The position numbers were made by a program, and so were the translations under genes. From Myxococcota bacterium (GTDB lineage Bacteria; Myxococcota_A; Polyangia; Nannocystales; Nannocystaceae): DNA of 64,000 nucleotides. Positions 20,617 through 30,286 of the stretch are shown here, piece by piece (the stretch's first letter is position 1; every line of letters begins with the position of its first letter). Below the pieces are notes generated by a model that worked only from the letters and a program-made list of their open reading frames with translations, did no database searches and was not told the DNA's origin. The stretch lies in assembly GCA_039194325.1 (NCBI GenBank), contig JBCCWC010000003.1, forward strand, positions 172,299 through 236,298. The letters run 5' to 3'.

Positions 20617-23177
20617 ATGCCTTCGTGATCGCCTGGGTCGTCACCTACTTGCTGCACAGCACGATCCTGGTGCTGGGGGCATGGCTGCTGGATGTTCGTT
20701 GGCGGGATCGCCCCGAGCGGATGTCGGCCGTGTGGAAGACCGCACTGGTGGGCGGGGTGCTCACGGCTACCGTGCAGACCGGCCTGGGGGTGGCGCCGCT
20801 GGTCGGAAGCTGGGATCTGTCCCCGGCGCTGGCGACCCGCGATGTGGCCTCGCGTTCGGTGCGAACCGAGCGGGTGGTCGTTGCCGACGCCGCTCGCACG
20901 CCATCGCTCGAGCGCTCATGGTCGCAGCCCGAGGTCATCGGGGGCGAGGCGACGCTGCCGCGAGCCGAGGCCCCCGAAGCGGAGCCGACGAGTTCGGGTG
21001 CTCAGGACGAATCAGAGCCCCGGGGCTTGGCCGCCGCGAGTCAGGCCGTGCCCGCGGGGTCTCGGGCCACGGTGAGCCCGGAGCCGGCGAGGCCCGAGGC
21101 CGCGGTCGCATCGAGCACTGTGGGCCGAAGAGCCGAGCTCGCCGCCGAGGGCGGCAACACGTGGCTGTCTGGGTCGCTCCCCTGGCTGGTCGGTGCGCTG
21201 ATCGTCGGCGCTTCGTTGGGCCTGATGTCGGTGCTCGCGGCGTTCGTCGCCTTGTATCGTCGGCTTCGAGGTCGTCGTGCGCAGCCCGAGGGCTCGTTGA
21301 CCGCGCTGCTCGACACGCTACGGCGGCGGGCGGGTGTCGAGCGCCGGGTGCCGCTGACGGTGGCGCCGAGGGTTCACGTGCCCATGGCGGTGGGCGTGGT
21401 GCGGCCGGAGATCGTGGTCCCACCCCAGGCCGAGGCCGGGCTGTGTGCGGCGCATCAGCAGAGCCTGCTCGCCCACGAGCTCGCCCATGTGTTGCGCCGC
21501 GATCCCGCGTGGCGAGTGCTCGCGCTGCTCGTCGAGCGGGTCTTGTTCTTCCAGCCGCTCAACCGGCTCGCGGCGGCGCGTCTGGGGCAGACGGCCGAGT
21601 ACCTGTGCGACGACTGGGCCGCCCGTCACACGCAGCAGCCGCTGGCCCTCGCTAGCTGCCTGACCGAGATCGCCACGTGGGTCGCTCGCCCCGGGCCCGT
21701 TGCCGCGACCATGGCCGGGCCGCGCTCGATCCTCGGGCGCCGCGTGCATCGCTTGCTGCAGCCCTCCTCCGAGCGTCCTCGACCCCCGTGGCTGGTGGCC
21801 GCGCTCGGCCTGCCCCTGCTAGGTCTGGTGCTCGCCGCCCCCGGGGTCTCGGCTCACGCTCGGCCGCCGTCGGCGGCATCTACCTCGGCTCGGGTGGTCG
21901 CTACGGACGACGTGAGCCCGCGCCACGGGGTACTCGCCCCACTCGCCTACAGCGCAGATGGAGGGGTGCTCGTGCTGCGCGACGGCGACGGCGAGCTGGT
22001 CGTGAAGTCCGTGCCGGCCGAGGATCACGCCGAGCCCACCGATCGTGCGAGTCGTCGCCGGGCGCGCAAGGCCGAGCGCCAGCGGGACAAGGCCGCCGAC
22101 AAGGCCCGGCGTCGGGCGAAGAAGGAGATCCGCAAGGCGTTTCGTCAGGCGCGCCGACGAGGCGACCCTGCGCCTTCACGCCGCGAGCTGGAGGCGATCG
22201 TCCGACGCGCTCGGGCTGCTGGAGAGCCTCACCGGCGTGAGGAGTTCGAGCTGCACCTGGTAGTGCCGGGCGGGGTCGAGATCCACGGCCGCCTGCCGGT
22301 CGATGTGGAGATCTACGAGGCGCTCAAAGAACTAGAGGGGCTAGAGGAGCTAGAGGCGCTAGCGCCGGTGCTCGAGCAGCTCGAGCAAGACCTGGAGCCG
22401 ATGCTCGAAGGGCTCGAAGAGCTCAAAGAGCTCGAAGAGCTCGAAGAGCTGGGCCCGGTGTTCGAGCAGCTCGAAGAGCTGGGGCCGATGCTCGAGCAGC
22501 TCGAAGAGGATCTCGGGAACGTGCGTGTCGAGCTGGATCTTCGGGCACCGAGGGGTGCACGCGGGCATGAGGCCGCTCCGGATGGCCGTAGGCGTGCTCA
22601 TCCCCGGTCGGCCCGCGAGGCTCGTGAGCGAGTGCGAGCTCGCGAGCGGGCGCGGGCGCGGGTGCGGCACGATGCGGAGCGTCTGGCTCACGAGCGGGTG
22701 CGGGCGCGGGCGCGGCATGATGCGGAGCGCGCGGCTCACCAGCGGGCGCGGGCCGAGGCCATGGCCGCCCGCGAGCGGGCCCGCCGACAGTTCGAGCAAG
22801 CTCGGCGACGCTACGAGTCCTTGCACGAGCGCGAGCGGCAACGTCATGCCCCACCCCACGAGGAGCTCGATCGTCGACAGCGGCAGCGGATCCAACGGGA
22901 GCTCCAAGAGGTCGAGCGGCAGCGGCAGCAACAACGTCGTCGGCGCTCGGGTTCGTCCGAGCCGCCCGTCGTCTGGCGTGTGATGCCTTTGCCCGCGCCG
23001 GCTCCCGCTCATCCCGAGCGAGTGGCTCCGGTGGCGCCACCGGCTCCCCCGGCTCCCCCGGACACGGGTCGACCTTCGAACGCCCGTCGTCGCGCCGCTG
23101 CGGTCGAGCCCCTTGCGGTGTGGTTCTCCACGCCCGCGCCGCCGGCTCCGCCGCCCGCCCCCAAACGAGAGATCTGA
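20613..23177 (+). CDS. M56 (BlaR1-like) metallopeptidase with long low-complexity C-terminal tail
   Basis: HELAH zinc motif, EYLCD, TM helices; ATGA overlap with blaI-like gene. Confidence 0.9.
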   Translation: MNAFVIAWVVTYLLHSTILVLGAWLLDVRWRDRPERMSAVWKTALVGGVLTATVQTGLGVAPLVGSWDLSPALATRDVASRSVRTERVVVADAARTPSLERSWSQPEVIGGEATLPRAEAPEAEPTSSGAQDESEPRGLAAASQAVPAGSRATVSPEPARPEAAVASSTVGRRAELAAEGGNTWLSGSLPWLVGALIVGASLGLMSVLAAFVALYRRLRGRRAQPEGSLTALLDTLRRRAGVERRVPLTVAPRVHVPMAVGVVRPEIVVPPQAEAGLCAAHQQSLLAHELAHVLRRDPAWRVLALLVERVLFFQPLNRLAAARLGQTAEYLCDDWAARHTQQPLALASCLTEIATWVARPGPVAATMAGPRSILGRRVHRLLQPSSERPRPPWLVAALGLPLLGLVLAAPGVSAHARPPSAASTSARVVATDDVSPRHGVLAPLAYSADGGVLVLRDGDGELVVKSVPAEDHAEPTDRASRRRARKAERQRDKAADKARRRAKKEIRKAFRQARRRGDPAPSRRELEAIVRRARAAGEPHRREEFELHLVVPGGVEIHGRLPVDVEIYEALKELEGLEELEALAPVLEQLEQDLEPMLEGLEELKELEELEELGPVFEQLEELGPMLEQLEEDLGNVRVELDLRAPRGARGHEAAPDGRRRAHPRSAREARERVRARERARARVRHDAERLAHERVRARARHDAERAAHQRARAEAMAARERARRQFEQARRRYESLHERERQRHAPPHEELDRRQRQRIQRELQEVERQRQQQRRRRSGSSEPPVVWRVMPLPAPAPAHPERVAPVAPPAPPAPPDTGRPSNARRRAAAVEPLAVWFSTPAPPAPPPAPKREI

Positions 23178-23196
23178 ACGAACCGGAGAGATTGCC

Positions 23197-24120
23197 ATGT
23201 CCATCGTTACCGCCGTGATGCTTGGCGCCGTGCTGCTCGTGCCCGGGACTTCCCAAGTGGCTGCTGCCGATGCGCTCCCGACTCCACCGACGACCTTGGA
23301 TCCGTCCCTGTCCTCGTCCCTCGTTGCAATGGGTTCGGGCGTGGAGGGGTTCCCACCTCCACGCCCGCCCATGCCCTCGTTCGTGGGGCGCCCGCCTGCT
23401 GCTGCACCGCCGCCGCCGCCCATGCCAGCGTTCGTGCCAGCGTTGATGGTGGATCCACCGGCCAACGCGCCTCGGCCTCCGCAGCCTCCCGCGGCTCCTC
23501 GCTTCGCCTGGAGCATGTCCATGGACGGCATGGGTCCTCGGCTGGGCACGCAGGTCTCCACCATGACCGCCGATCTGCGTGCGTTCTTTGGGGCGCCTCG
23601 GGATGCCGGCTTGCTGGTCCAGGGCATCGAGCCCGGGAGCGCGGCCGAGGGGGCCAAGCTGAAGGTGGGCGACGTGCTCGTCGAGGTCGATGGTCGGAAG
23701 ATCGAGCGGGTCACCGACGTGCGACGAGCCTTGGCGGGTCACAAACAAGGTGACGTGGTCGAGATCGAGGTGGTGCGCAACAAGAAGCGCAAGACACTCG
23801 AGGTGACTGTCGATGCCAGCGGTGGCTCGCGGTCGTTCGGCCTGCCGCCCGGCACGGACTTCGACACGTTGATTCCACCCGAGGCGCGGCGACACCTCGG
23901 CCCCGAGGTGCGCGAGCAGGTCGAGCGGCAGCTCGACCTGGCGCGCGAGCAGCTGCGCCAAGTCGAGCGCATGCTCGAGTCGCTCGACTCGTCCGGCGAG
24001 GCGGGCAAGAGCAAGAGCAAGAGCAAGAGCAAGAGCAAGAGCAAGGCCAAGAGCAAAGCCAAGAAGAAATCGAAGGCGAAGAAGAAGGCGAAACCGGCCG
24101 AGGTCGACCGCTCGGCTTGA
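23197..24120 (+). CDS. Secreted PDZ-domain protein
   Basis: Signal peptide; PRLG...GLLV...PGSAAEGAKLKVGDVLVEVDG PDZ; SK/K-rich tail. Confidence 0.82.
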   Translation: MSIVTAVMLGAVLLVPGTSQVAAADALPTPPTTLDPSLSSSLVAMGSGVEGFPPPRPPMPSFVGRPPAAAPPPPPMPAFVPALMVDPPANAPRPPQPPAAPRFAWSMSMDGMGPRLGTQVSTMTADLRAFFGAPRDAGLLVQGIEPGSAAEGAKLKVGDVLVEVDGRKIERVTDVRRALAGHKQGDVVEIEVVRNKKRKTLEVTVDASGGSRSFGLPPGTDFDTLIPPEARRHLGPEVREQVERQLDLAREQLRQVERMLESLDSSGEAGKSKSKSKSKSKSKAKSKAKKKSKAKKKAKPAEVDRSA

Positions 24121-24142
24121 CGATCGCGCACGTGCTCGGCCG

Positions 24143-25135
24143 TCACCCTTCGATCTCACCCGCCTGGCAAAACGGTACCTCGCGTTCCTCGTCGTCGATC
24201 ATCTCGTAGGAGCGACAGCGGTCGAACACCGAGACCGTGGTGCCGTACCGGGGTCGCACGTCCAGCCCGGGCATGGGTAGGCCGCTGGCCCGAGCGGCCT
24301 CGAGCCTCCGCCGGCAGAACCCTCGGGTTCCTCCGCTGGAATCGCGTGAAGTCCCGCTGAAGCGAAAGCCGGAGCACGTCGCGCAGGCCTCGACCACCCC
24401 TTGCTCGAGCAGATCGGGGAGCTCGTTGAGCACCGTGTAGGCGTCGCAGCGGTCCGGCTGCATCTGCAGCAGGTAGCTCCGTCCGGCCACGTGGGCGATC
24501 ATCAGGGTGATGTCGGCTCGTCCCGGTCCTCCGGGTCGAATGCCGCACTCCTGAAGCAGCAAGATCCGCCGCTCAAGGCCGTCGCGCAGCGTCAGCATGC
24601 GCACCGTCACCTGCGACAGGTGCTCCAGCACATGGGCTTCGGCCCCGTCTTGGTGCCCGAACTCCACCACCTCGCGCGGGTCGAGCAGGGTGCGCACGTC
24701 GAGGGTGCGAAACTCGTGCAGCGAGGCCAGCGAGGGCAGCCGGGCCACCTCGAAGCGCGGGCCTTGGCGCTCGACGAGCGAGAACGCGGCCTGCCCGTTG
24801 GTGTACAGCCACTGGGGGCGGCAGTAGTGATCGAGCAGCACGTCGCGCCAGCGGGCGGGATCGGTGATGCCCATCGTCTCGAAGAGCGCGCTGCCCTTGC
24901 CCTGCTCGAACGACTGATAGAGCGCGTGGCGAAGGCCTTCGAGTCGGTCGGCCACCACCTTGCGATCGGTGACGTCGGGTTCGAGCTGGTCGATCTGTGC
25001 CTGGGCGTCGAGCACGATCGTCCAGTGCCGCGGGATCTCGCGCGCCTGTGGGTAGCAAAAGCGCACGCACAGCCCGTCCAGGGGCTCGATGCTCTCGATG
25101 GGCAGCCGCGAGAGGATCTCGTGATAGGGGATCAA
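24143..25135 (-). CDS. Hypothetical protein with C-terminal 4-Cys motif
   Basis: TTG start overlapping upstream TGA; CATC...C...C. Confidence 0.7.
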   Translation of the reverse strand: MIPYHEILSRLPIESIEPLDGLCVRFCYPQAREIPRHWTIVLDAQAQIDQLEPDVTDRKVVADRLEGLRHALYQSFEQGKGSALFETMGITDPARWRDVLLDHYCRPQWLYTNGQAAFSLVERQGPRFEVARLPSLASLHEFRTLDVRTLLDPREVVEFGHQDGAEAHVLEHLSQVTVRMLTLRDGLERRILLLQECGIRPGGPGRADITLMIAHVAGRSYLLQMQPDRCDAYTVLNELPDLLEQGVVEACATCSGFRFSGTSRDSSGGTRGFCRRRLEAARASGLPMPGLDVRPRYGTTVSVFDRCRSYEMIDDEEREVPFCQAGEIEG

Positions 25136-26289
25136 GACAACGCCTGCTGGATGTCCGCGATCAGGTCGCGCGGGTCTTCGAGCCCGATGGACATGCGTAG
25201 CAACCCATCGGCGATGCCCTGCTTCCGGCGCACGTCCGGGTCGAGGCCGGCGTGGGAGGTCTGCGCGGGGCGGGTCACCAGCGTCTCGGGGCCGCCCAGG
25301 CTGGGGGCGTTGAGCGGCCAGCGCAGGCGCGAGACGAAGCGATCGGCTGCCTCCACGCCGCCGTGTAGCTCGAAGCTCAGCATCGCCCCGAAGCCGCCGT
25401 CGAGCAGCTCGGCCGCGCGAGCGTGCCCGGGGTGCGAGGGCAGGCCCGGATGGTGGATCTGCTCGACCGCCGGGTGTTCGTGCAGCATCCGGGCGATGGT
25501 CAGCGCGCTGGTGCACTGCTGGCGCATACGCACCCCCAGGGTCTTGAGGCCGCGCTGGAGCAAGAAGCACACGTGCGGATCGAGGCTGCCCCCCAGCAGG
25601 TTGAGGGTGCGGCGAATGGTGCCCACCCGATCGGCCGTGCCCACGATCGCTCCGGCCACGAGATCCGAGTGGCCGCCCATGTACTTGCTGGCGCTGTGCA
25701 GCGACAAGTCGAAGCCCAGGTCCAGCGGTCGCAGCAAGATGGGGCTGACGAAGGTCGCGTCGATGAGCGACACCAGCCCGTGCTCACGAGCAAAGCGCAC
25801 CACCGCCGGTAGATCGGCCACCCTGAGCAGCGGGTTGGTCAGGGCCTCCACGTAGAAGATCCGGGTCGTGGGGCGGCGAGCCTCGGCCCAGCTAGAGGGA
25901 TCCTCGGCATCCACGAAGGTGTGGTCTACGCCCCACTGGGCCAGGTGTTTGGTGATGAGAGCGTGGGTTCCGCCGTAAAGAGCGCGCTGCGCGAGCACGT
26001 GATCCCCGGGTCGCAGCAGGGTCAGCATGGTGGTGGCGATCGCCGCCATTCCGCTGCTGGTGACCAGCGCCGCTTCGCCCCCCTCTAGCGCCGCGAGCTT
26101 TTGGTGCAGTGCGATGTGGTTGGGGCTGTTGTTGAGCCGGAGATATCGAACATCGTCGTACGAGCCTTCCCCGGTGTACTCGAAGGTCGACGATTGAAAG
26201 ATCGGTAGGCAGATCGCCCCGTCCACGCGTGGTTTCGGTTCACCCGCATGGATGAGTTGGGTATCCAGGCGCTCGTCGTTGTCGGTCAC
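25132..26289 (-). CDS. Cys/Met metabolism PLP enzyme (cystathionine gamma-synthase/lyase family)
   Basis: SSGMAAI, YGGT, HSASKYMGGHSD (PLP Lys), LRMSIGLED. Confidence 0.93.
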   Translation of the reverse strand: MTDNDERLDTQLIHAGEPKPRVDGAICLPIFQSSTFEYTGEGSYDDVRYLRLNNSPNHIALHQKLAALEGGEAALVTSSGMAAIATTMLTLLRPGDHVLAQRALYGGTHALITKHLAQWGVDHTFVDAEDPSSWAEARRPTTRIFYVEALTNPLLRVADLPAVVRFAREHGLVSLIDATFVSPILLRPLDLGFDLSLHSASKYMGGHSDLVAGAIVGTADRVGTIRRTLNLLGGSLDPHVCFLLQRGLKTLGVRMRQQCTSALTIARMLHEHPAVEQIHHPGLPSHPGHARAAELLDGGFGAMLSFELHGGVEAADRFVSRLRWPLNAPSLGGPETLVTRPAQTSHAGLDPDVRRKQGIADGLLRMSIGLEDPRDLIADIQQALS

Positions 26290-26505
26290 GGGTTTCTTGT
26301 ACCGCGCTCGATCCCGGCCTTGCGCGGGGCTCCGCGATTCCGTCTCGGAGCAATGCGTCAAGTCCGCGGGTCCGAAATCCTTGCGCGTCGGGAACTCGCG
26401 CCCGATGCGCAACGCCACTTTTGGGGTCTATGAGGCTCGGAGAATGAAATGGGCGATCAAAGTCCTTGCCGGGCGTCACCCGGGCCGCTACTTTGAGCTC
26501 GGTCG

Positions 26506-26522
26506 TTGAAAACGACTTTCAA
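26506..26522. promoter_or_regulatory. Fur-like iron box upstream of bfd
   Basis: TTGAAA-ACGAC-TTTCAA palindrome 18 nt before ATG. Confidence 0.75.
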
Positions 26523-26540
26523 AGCGACATTCAAGCCGTC

Positions 26541-26744
26541 ATGATCGTCTGTCTGTGCAAGGGAGTCTCCAGCCGCACCATCAACGATGAGGTGCGTCGG
26601 GGGAATTGCACGGTCAAGGGCATCGCCCAGGCTTGCCAGGCGGGGCGCGATTGTGGCTCCTGCGTGCCTCAGATCCGCGAATTGATCAGCGCGGCGGGGG
26701 TTGCGGTTCGGGCGCGCGGGGGCGATGTCCCCCAGGGGCGCTAG
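26541..26744 (+). CDS. bfd: Bacterioferritin-associated ferredoxin
   Basis: MIVCLCKGVS...CGSC; adjacent to bfr. Confidence 0.93.
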   Translation: MIVCLCKGVSSRTINDEVRRGNCTVKGIAQACQAGRDCGSCVPQIRELISAAGVAVRARGGDVPQGR

Positions 26745-26795
26745 TTCCGCGGCTCTTTAGAGCCGGGCCCGAGCCGTGGTGGACGCCGCGCGATC

Positions 26796-26812
26796 TTGAA
26801 AGCCGCTTTCAA
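26796..26812. promoter_or_regulatory. Second Fur-like box between bfd and bfr
   Basis: TTGAAA-GCCGC-TTTCAA palindrome. Confidence 0.72.
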
Positions 26813-26940
26813 TGTCCACGGTTAGAGCCCGGCGTAGGGTCCTCGTGGAGCATCGAGGACGAATTCCGTTTTCGTATTCAGGTAAGCGCCCGAAATTCTT
26901 GCCTTTTCATGGAGCGACGTCGTGCTAGCGTCGGCTCGCC

Positions 26941-27411
26941 ATGAAGGGCTCCGACAAGGTCATTGAGCTACTCAACGAGGTCCTCACCTCGGAACTCACC
27001 GCCATCAACCAGTACTTCATCCACGCCAAGATGTGCGCCGATTGGGGCTATGCGCGATTGGCGAAGAAGATCCGTGACGAGTCGATCGACGAGATGAAGC
27101 ACGCCGACGAGCTCATCGAGCGGATCTTGTTCTTGGAGGGAGTGCCCAATGTGCAGCGCTACGGAAAGATTAACGTAGGGGAGACGGTCAGCGAGCAGTT
27201 CCAGCTCGACCTCCAGCTGGAGTACGAGGCGATCGCGCGGTTGCGCGACGGAATCGCGCTTTGTCGGGAAGAAAAAGACGAAGCCTCGCGGGATCTGCTC
27301 GAGCACATCCTCGTCAGCGAAGAGGAGCACACCGACTGGCTAGAGTCGCAGATAGAGCTGACTCGGCAGGTGGGTGTGGAGAGCTATCTCGCGCAGCAGA
27401 TCCGAGAGTAG
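26941..27411 (+). CDS. bfr: Bacterioferritin
   Basis: [25 protein letters not shown] ferroxidase motifs; heme Met. Confidence 0.97.
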   Translation: MKGSDKVIELLNEVLTSELTAINQYFIHAKMCADWGYARLAKKIRDESIDEMKHADELIERILFLEGVPNVQRYGKINVGETVSEQFQLDLQLEYEAIARLRDGIALCREEKDEASRDLLEHILVSEEEHTDWLESQIELTRQVGVESYLAQQIRE

Positions 27412-27466
27412 AGCGGGCGTCTGCCGGGATCGAGCGCGAGTGCTTCAGGTGCTCGCGCTCTTGCGT

Positions 27467-28273
27467 TCAGGCCCCGGTGGAGCCCAGCCACAGCCATAGC
27501 AGCAGCACCGCTACCGCCAGGCCGATCACCACGGCCAGCTTCGTTCGGTCCAGGGGAGCGCGGCCGGTGATCTTGCCCGTCTGGCCGTTGATGACGAAGC
27601 GCCAGGGGCGATCTCGATAGCGGAAGCTCCCGATGTAGATCGGTACCATCAGCAGGCGGGCCCCGCGAATTCGCATGCTGGTGCTGCAATTGCACCGCTG
27701 GAGACGATGGGCCTGCATGATCTTGTGGCGATGCTCGGCCTGTAGCCGCCGTCGCGCTTGCTCGGAGGCGGCGCGCTCCGAGAGCGCTGGGATCTCGTGG
27801 GGTACGCCCTCGTCGAAGCGCACCGCGATCCCCTCGTCAAAGGGCTGTAGCGCCGACAGCTCGGCCTCGCGCAGGCCCATCGATGCGGGCACCTGGCAGG
27901 TCAGCTCGGCGTGCTCCACTCCCGCGCGGGGTCGAGCGCCGCTGCGGGTTGCCGCGCGGACCAAGCCTGCCCAGTGGGTCTCGAGCGAGGCGTCGAAGCG
28001 CCAGGCGGGAAGCTGCAGCTCGCTCAGCTCGATGGTCAGCTGGCGCAGCGGCTTGGGGTACCACCACGACGAGCGCGCCCAGCGACGATAGTGCTGATCG
28101 GCGATCTTGCGGGAGATCTCGAAGGGGAGCATCACGTCGGGGCGCAGGATCGCCTCGTGGCCTTCGTCGGCGTGGAGGGCCACGCTGCCGCAGAACAGGC
28201 AGCGGGCCGCTTCGCGACCCGCGTCGTAGACGACGCGACCTCCGCAGGCGTCGCACTGGACGACCTGAGTCAT
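27467..28273 (-). CDS. Zinc-ribbon membrane protein (paralogue of neighbour)
   Basis: CDACG...CLFCG; VINGQTGKITGRAP; C-terminal TM. Confidence 0.8.
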   Translation of the reverse strand: MTQVVQCDACGGRVVYDAGREAARCLFCGSVALHADEGHEAILRPDVMLPFEISRKIADQHYRRWARSSWWYPKPLRQLTIELSELQLPAWRFDASLETHWAGLVRAATRSGARPRAGVEHAELTCQVPASMGLREAELSALQPFDEGIAVRFDEGVPHEIPALSERAASEQARRRLQAEHRHKIMQAHRLQRCNCSTSMRIRGARLLMVPIYIGSFRYRDRPWRFVINGQTGKITGRAPLDRTKLAVVIGLAVAVLLLWLWLGSTGA

Positions 28274-29187
28274 GCGGACAGCCTCCAGGCGAGTACCGCG
28301 GCGATCGCTACGGCGATGAGCACCGCGAGGGTGAGCTTGGCGGGGGAGACCGGGGCGCGCCCATGACAACGGCCGGTCTGGCCGTTGACCAGCAGACGAT
28401 GGACCCGGCCGGCGTGGTTGAGCGCGGCGACCCACACCGGCAGCAGGACCAGCTCGGTCTCGGTCAGGTCGACCTGGCATGACACCCGGGTGCCCCGGTG
28501 CGTGTCGCCGGGGAGGTGCTCTCGACCGATCCGCTTGATCTCGCGGGCTCGGATCTGCTGGTGGGCGTCACGGTCGATCTGTTGCCGCTCACGCGAGGGC
28601 AGCTCGGCGGACCACCCCGCCAGCAGGCGAGCGTCGAAGGAACGCGCCCGGCCCAGGTCGAAGGGTTGTAGGGCGGCGACCTCTTGGGTGCTCAGGCCAA
28701 CCGATGCGCTCACGAGGTGGTCGCGAAGCTGCTGGACCGTGGTGCCTCGCAGCGGGAACCACTCGGTGTGGCGCTCGACCTCCTGGCGCTGCTTGCCGTC
28801 CTTGCGGATCGTCTTGGTCTCGTACCAATAGATCCCCACCGTGGTCTCGTAGCGGCTGCGGCAGGTCGCGTCGTAGGCAAAAAACGGCACCAGGACGCCC
28901 TCGACCAGGCGGGCATCGAGGCGACCCCGTCGAGCCGAGCGCCGCAGGGACTCGGGCGCCCACCAGCGGGCGGCGATGTGCTGTCGCAGCCGATCTTCGG
29001 CGGCCGAGGCCGAGATCCGAAAGGGGGCGACCCGATCGATGCGGGGGCGGGCCACGTGCGTCTCCACCAGGGCTGAGGCGCAGTAACTACATGTATGGCT
29101 GATCCGCTCGGCAGGCTGGGTGATCACCGCCCCGCATGAGGGGCACGAGCGCAGCGACCACGCGTGTTCGGGCTCGGCGGGGGGCAT
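28270..29187 (-). CDS. Zinc-ribbon membrane protein
   Basis: CPSCG...CSYC; LVNGQTGRCHGRAP; C-terminal TM; ATGA overlap with downstream paralogue. Confidence 0.8.
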   Translation of the reverse strand: MPPAEPEHAWSLRSCPSCGAVITQPAERISHTCSYCASALVETHVARPRIDRVAPFRISASAAEDRLRQHIAARWWAPESLRRSARRGRLDARLVEGVLVPFFAYDATCRSRYETTVGIYWYETKTIRKDGKQRQEVERHTEWFPLRGTTVQQLRDHLVSASVGLSTQEVAALQPFDLGRARSFDARLLAGWSAELPSRERQQIDRDAHQQIRAREIKRIGREHLPGDTHRGTRVSCQVDLTETELVLLPVWVAALNHAGRVHRLLVNGQTGRCHGRAPVSPAKLTLAVLIAVAIAAVLAWRLSA

Positions 29188-29265
29188 CGGAGCCGGGTGA
29201 TGCTACCAGCGCCGAACACGTCGCGGGATGCTCGGCCGGCTCAAGTGCAGCTCATGCGAGAAATC

Positions 29266-29409
29266 GATGGTGAGAGGGTAATAGTTCAGCGGCTCGCACC
29301 GTTGACCTGGGTGAGGCCACAGTGATGCTGCACAGTGCGTCGCCGCCTCTGGACTGTTTGTCATCCGAAACGAAGGCACGGCTCATCCACCCCGTGCTCC
29401 CTCCCAATC
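29266..29409. ncRNA. Possible structured non-coding RNA (family not recognised)
   Basis: Long imperfect stem 29280-29299/29335-29358, hairpin 29375-29398, closing helix 29271-29278/29399-29406. Confidence 0.3.
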
Positions 29410-29410
29410 T

Positions 29411-29470
29411 GGCCGACTGACCAATCAGGCCGACCAATCAGGCCGACCAACCCGACCGACCAACCCGGCT
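29411..29470. repeat. Short about 13-bp tandem repeat (ccgaccaatcagg / ccgaccaacccga)
   Basis: Directly visible. Confidence 0.75.
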
Positions 29471-29581
29471 GACGCGGCTGTACGAGCGACCTTTTCTCCG
29501 CTCGGACAGCCGCGTCGCTGTTTCACTTCGGGCTGCTAGGCGACTCGATGCGTCGGCGAGCTCGTCGGCGGGACTGGTAAA

Positions 29582-30019
29582 GTGGCGCTCGTGCTCCGCT
29601 CGCGTCTCGTTCTCGGCGTGGTCCTCGGTCTTGCGGCCTGCAACAAGGGACCAACCCCCCCGATCCCCACCGACGTCGCGGCCCCTCCCGCCGAGGCAAA
29701 GACCACCGCATCGGGGTTGGCGTGGCGTGTGTTGACGCCGGGCACCGGCACCGAGCATCCGAGCCGGAGCAGCACCGTCACCGTGCACTACTCGGGGTGG
29801 ACCACCGACGGCGAGATGTTCGACAGCTCGGTGCGTCGTGGTTCGCCGACGAGCTTTGGCCTCGGCCAGGTGATCCCGGGATGGACCGAGGGCGTGCAGC
29901 TGATGGTGGTGGGCGAGAAGAGCCGGTTTTGGATCCCTGAGGGACTCGCGTACAAGGGCGTCCCTGGGCGACCGCAAGGGATGCTCGTGTTCGACATCGA
30001 GCTGCTGGCCATCGAGTAG
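29582..30019 (+). CDS. FKBP-type peptidyl-prolyl isomerase (lipoprotein)
   Basis: VTVHYSGW...FDSS...VIPGWTEG...LVFDIELL; LAAC lipobox. Confidence 0.95.
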   Translation: MALVLRSRLVLGVVLGLAACNKGPTPPIPTDVAAPPAEAKTTASGLAWRVLTPGTGTEHPSRSSTVTVHYSGWTTDGEMFDSSVRRGSPTSFGLGQVIPGWTEGVQLMVVGEKSRFWIPEGLAYKGVPGRPQGMLVFDIELLAIE

Positions 30020-30286
30020 ACATCGCGTGCTCGATTTCCTTCCTCTGGGGGCAGCAGGCCTCGGGTGTGCACATCGCAGGCGACAGGCACGAGCAAGTTC
30101 GACCCGGTGCTCGTTCACTCCCGGCGACGGGGCTAGGGGTGCAGGGCGTAGCGCGAGCTACGGGCATGACACTAAGCGATGGAAACCAAGGTGGGTTCGA
30201 CAACCGCGGTAACGAAGCGGAAAGTTTTCTTCCGGATCGAGTCGAATTGAACGGACAAAATCCGCCGTGATCGTACTTCCCCTCTG

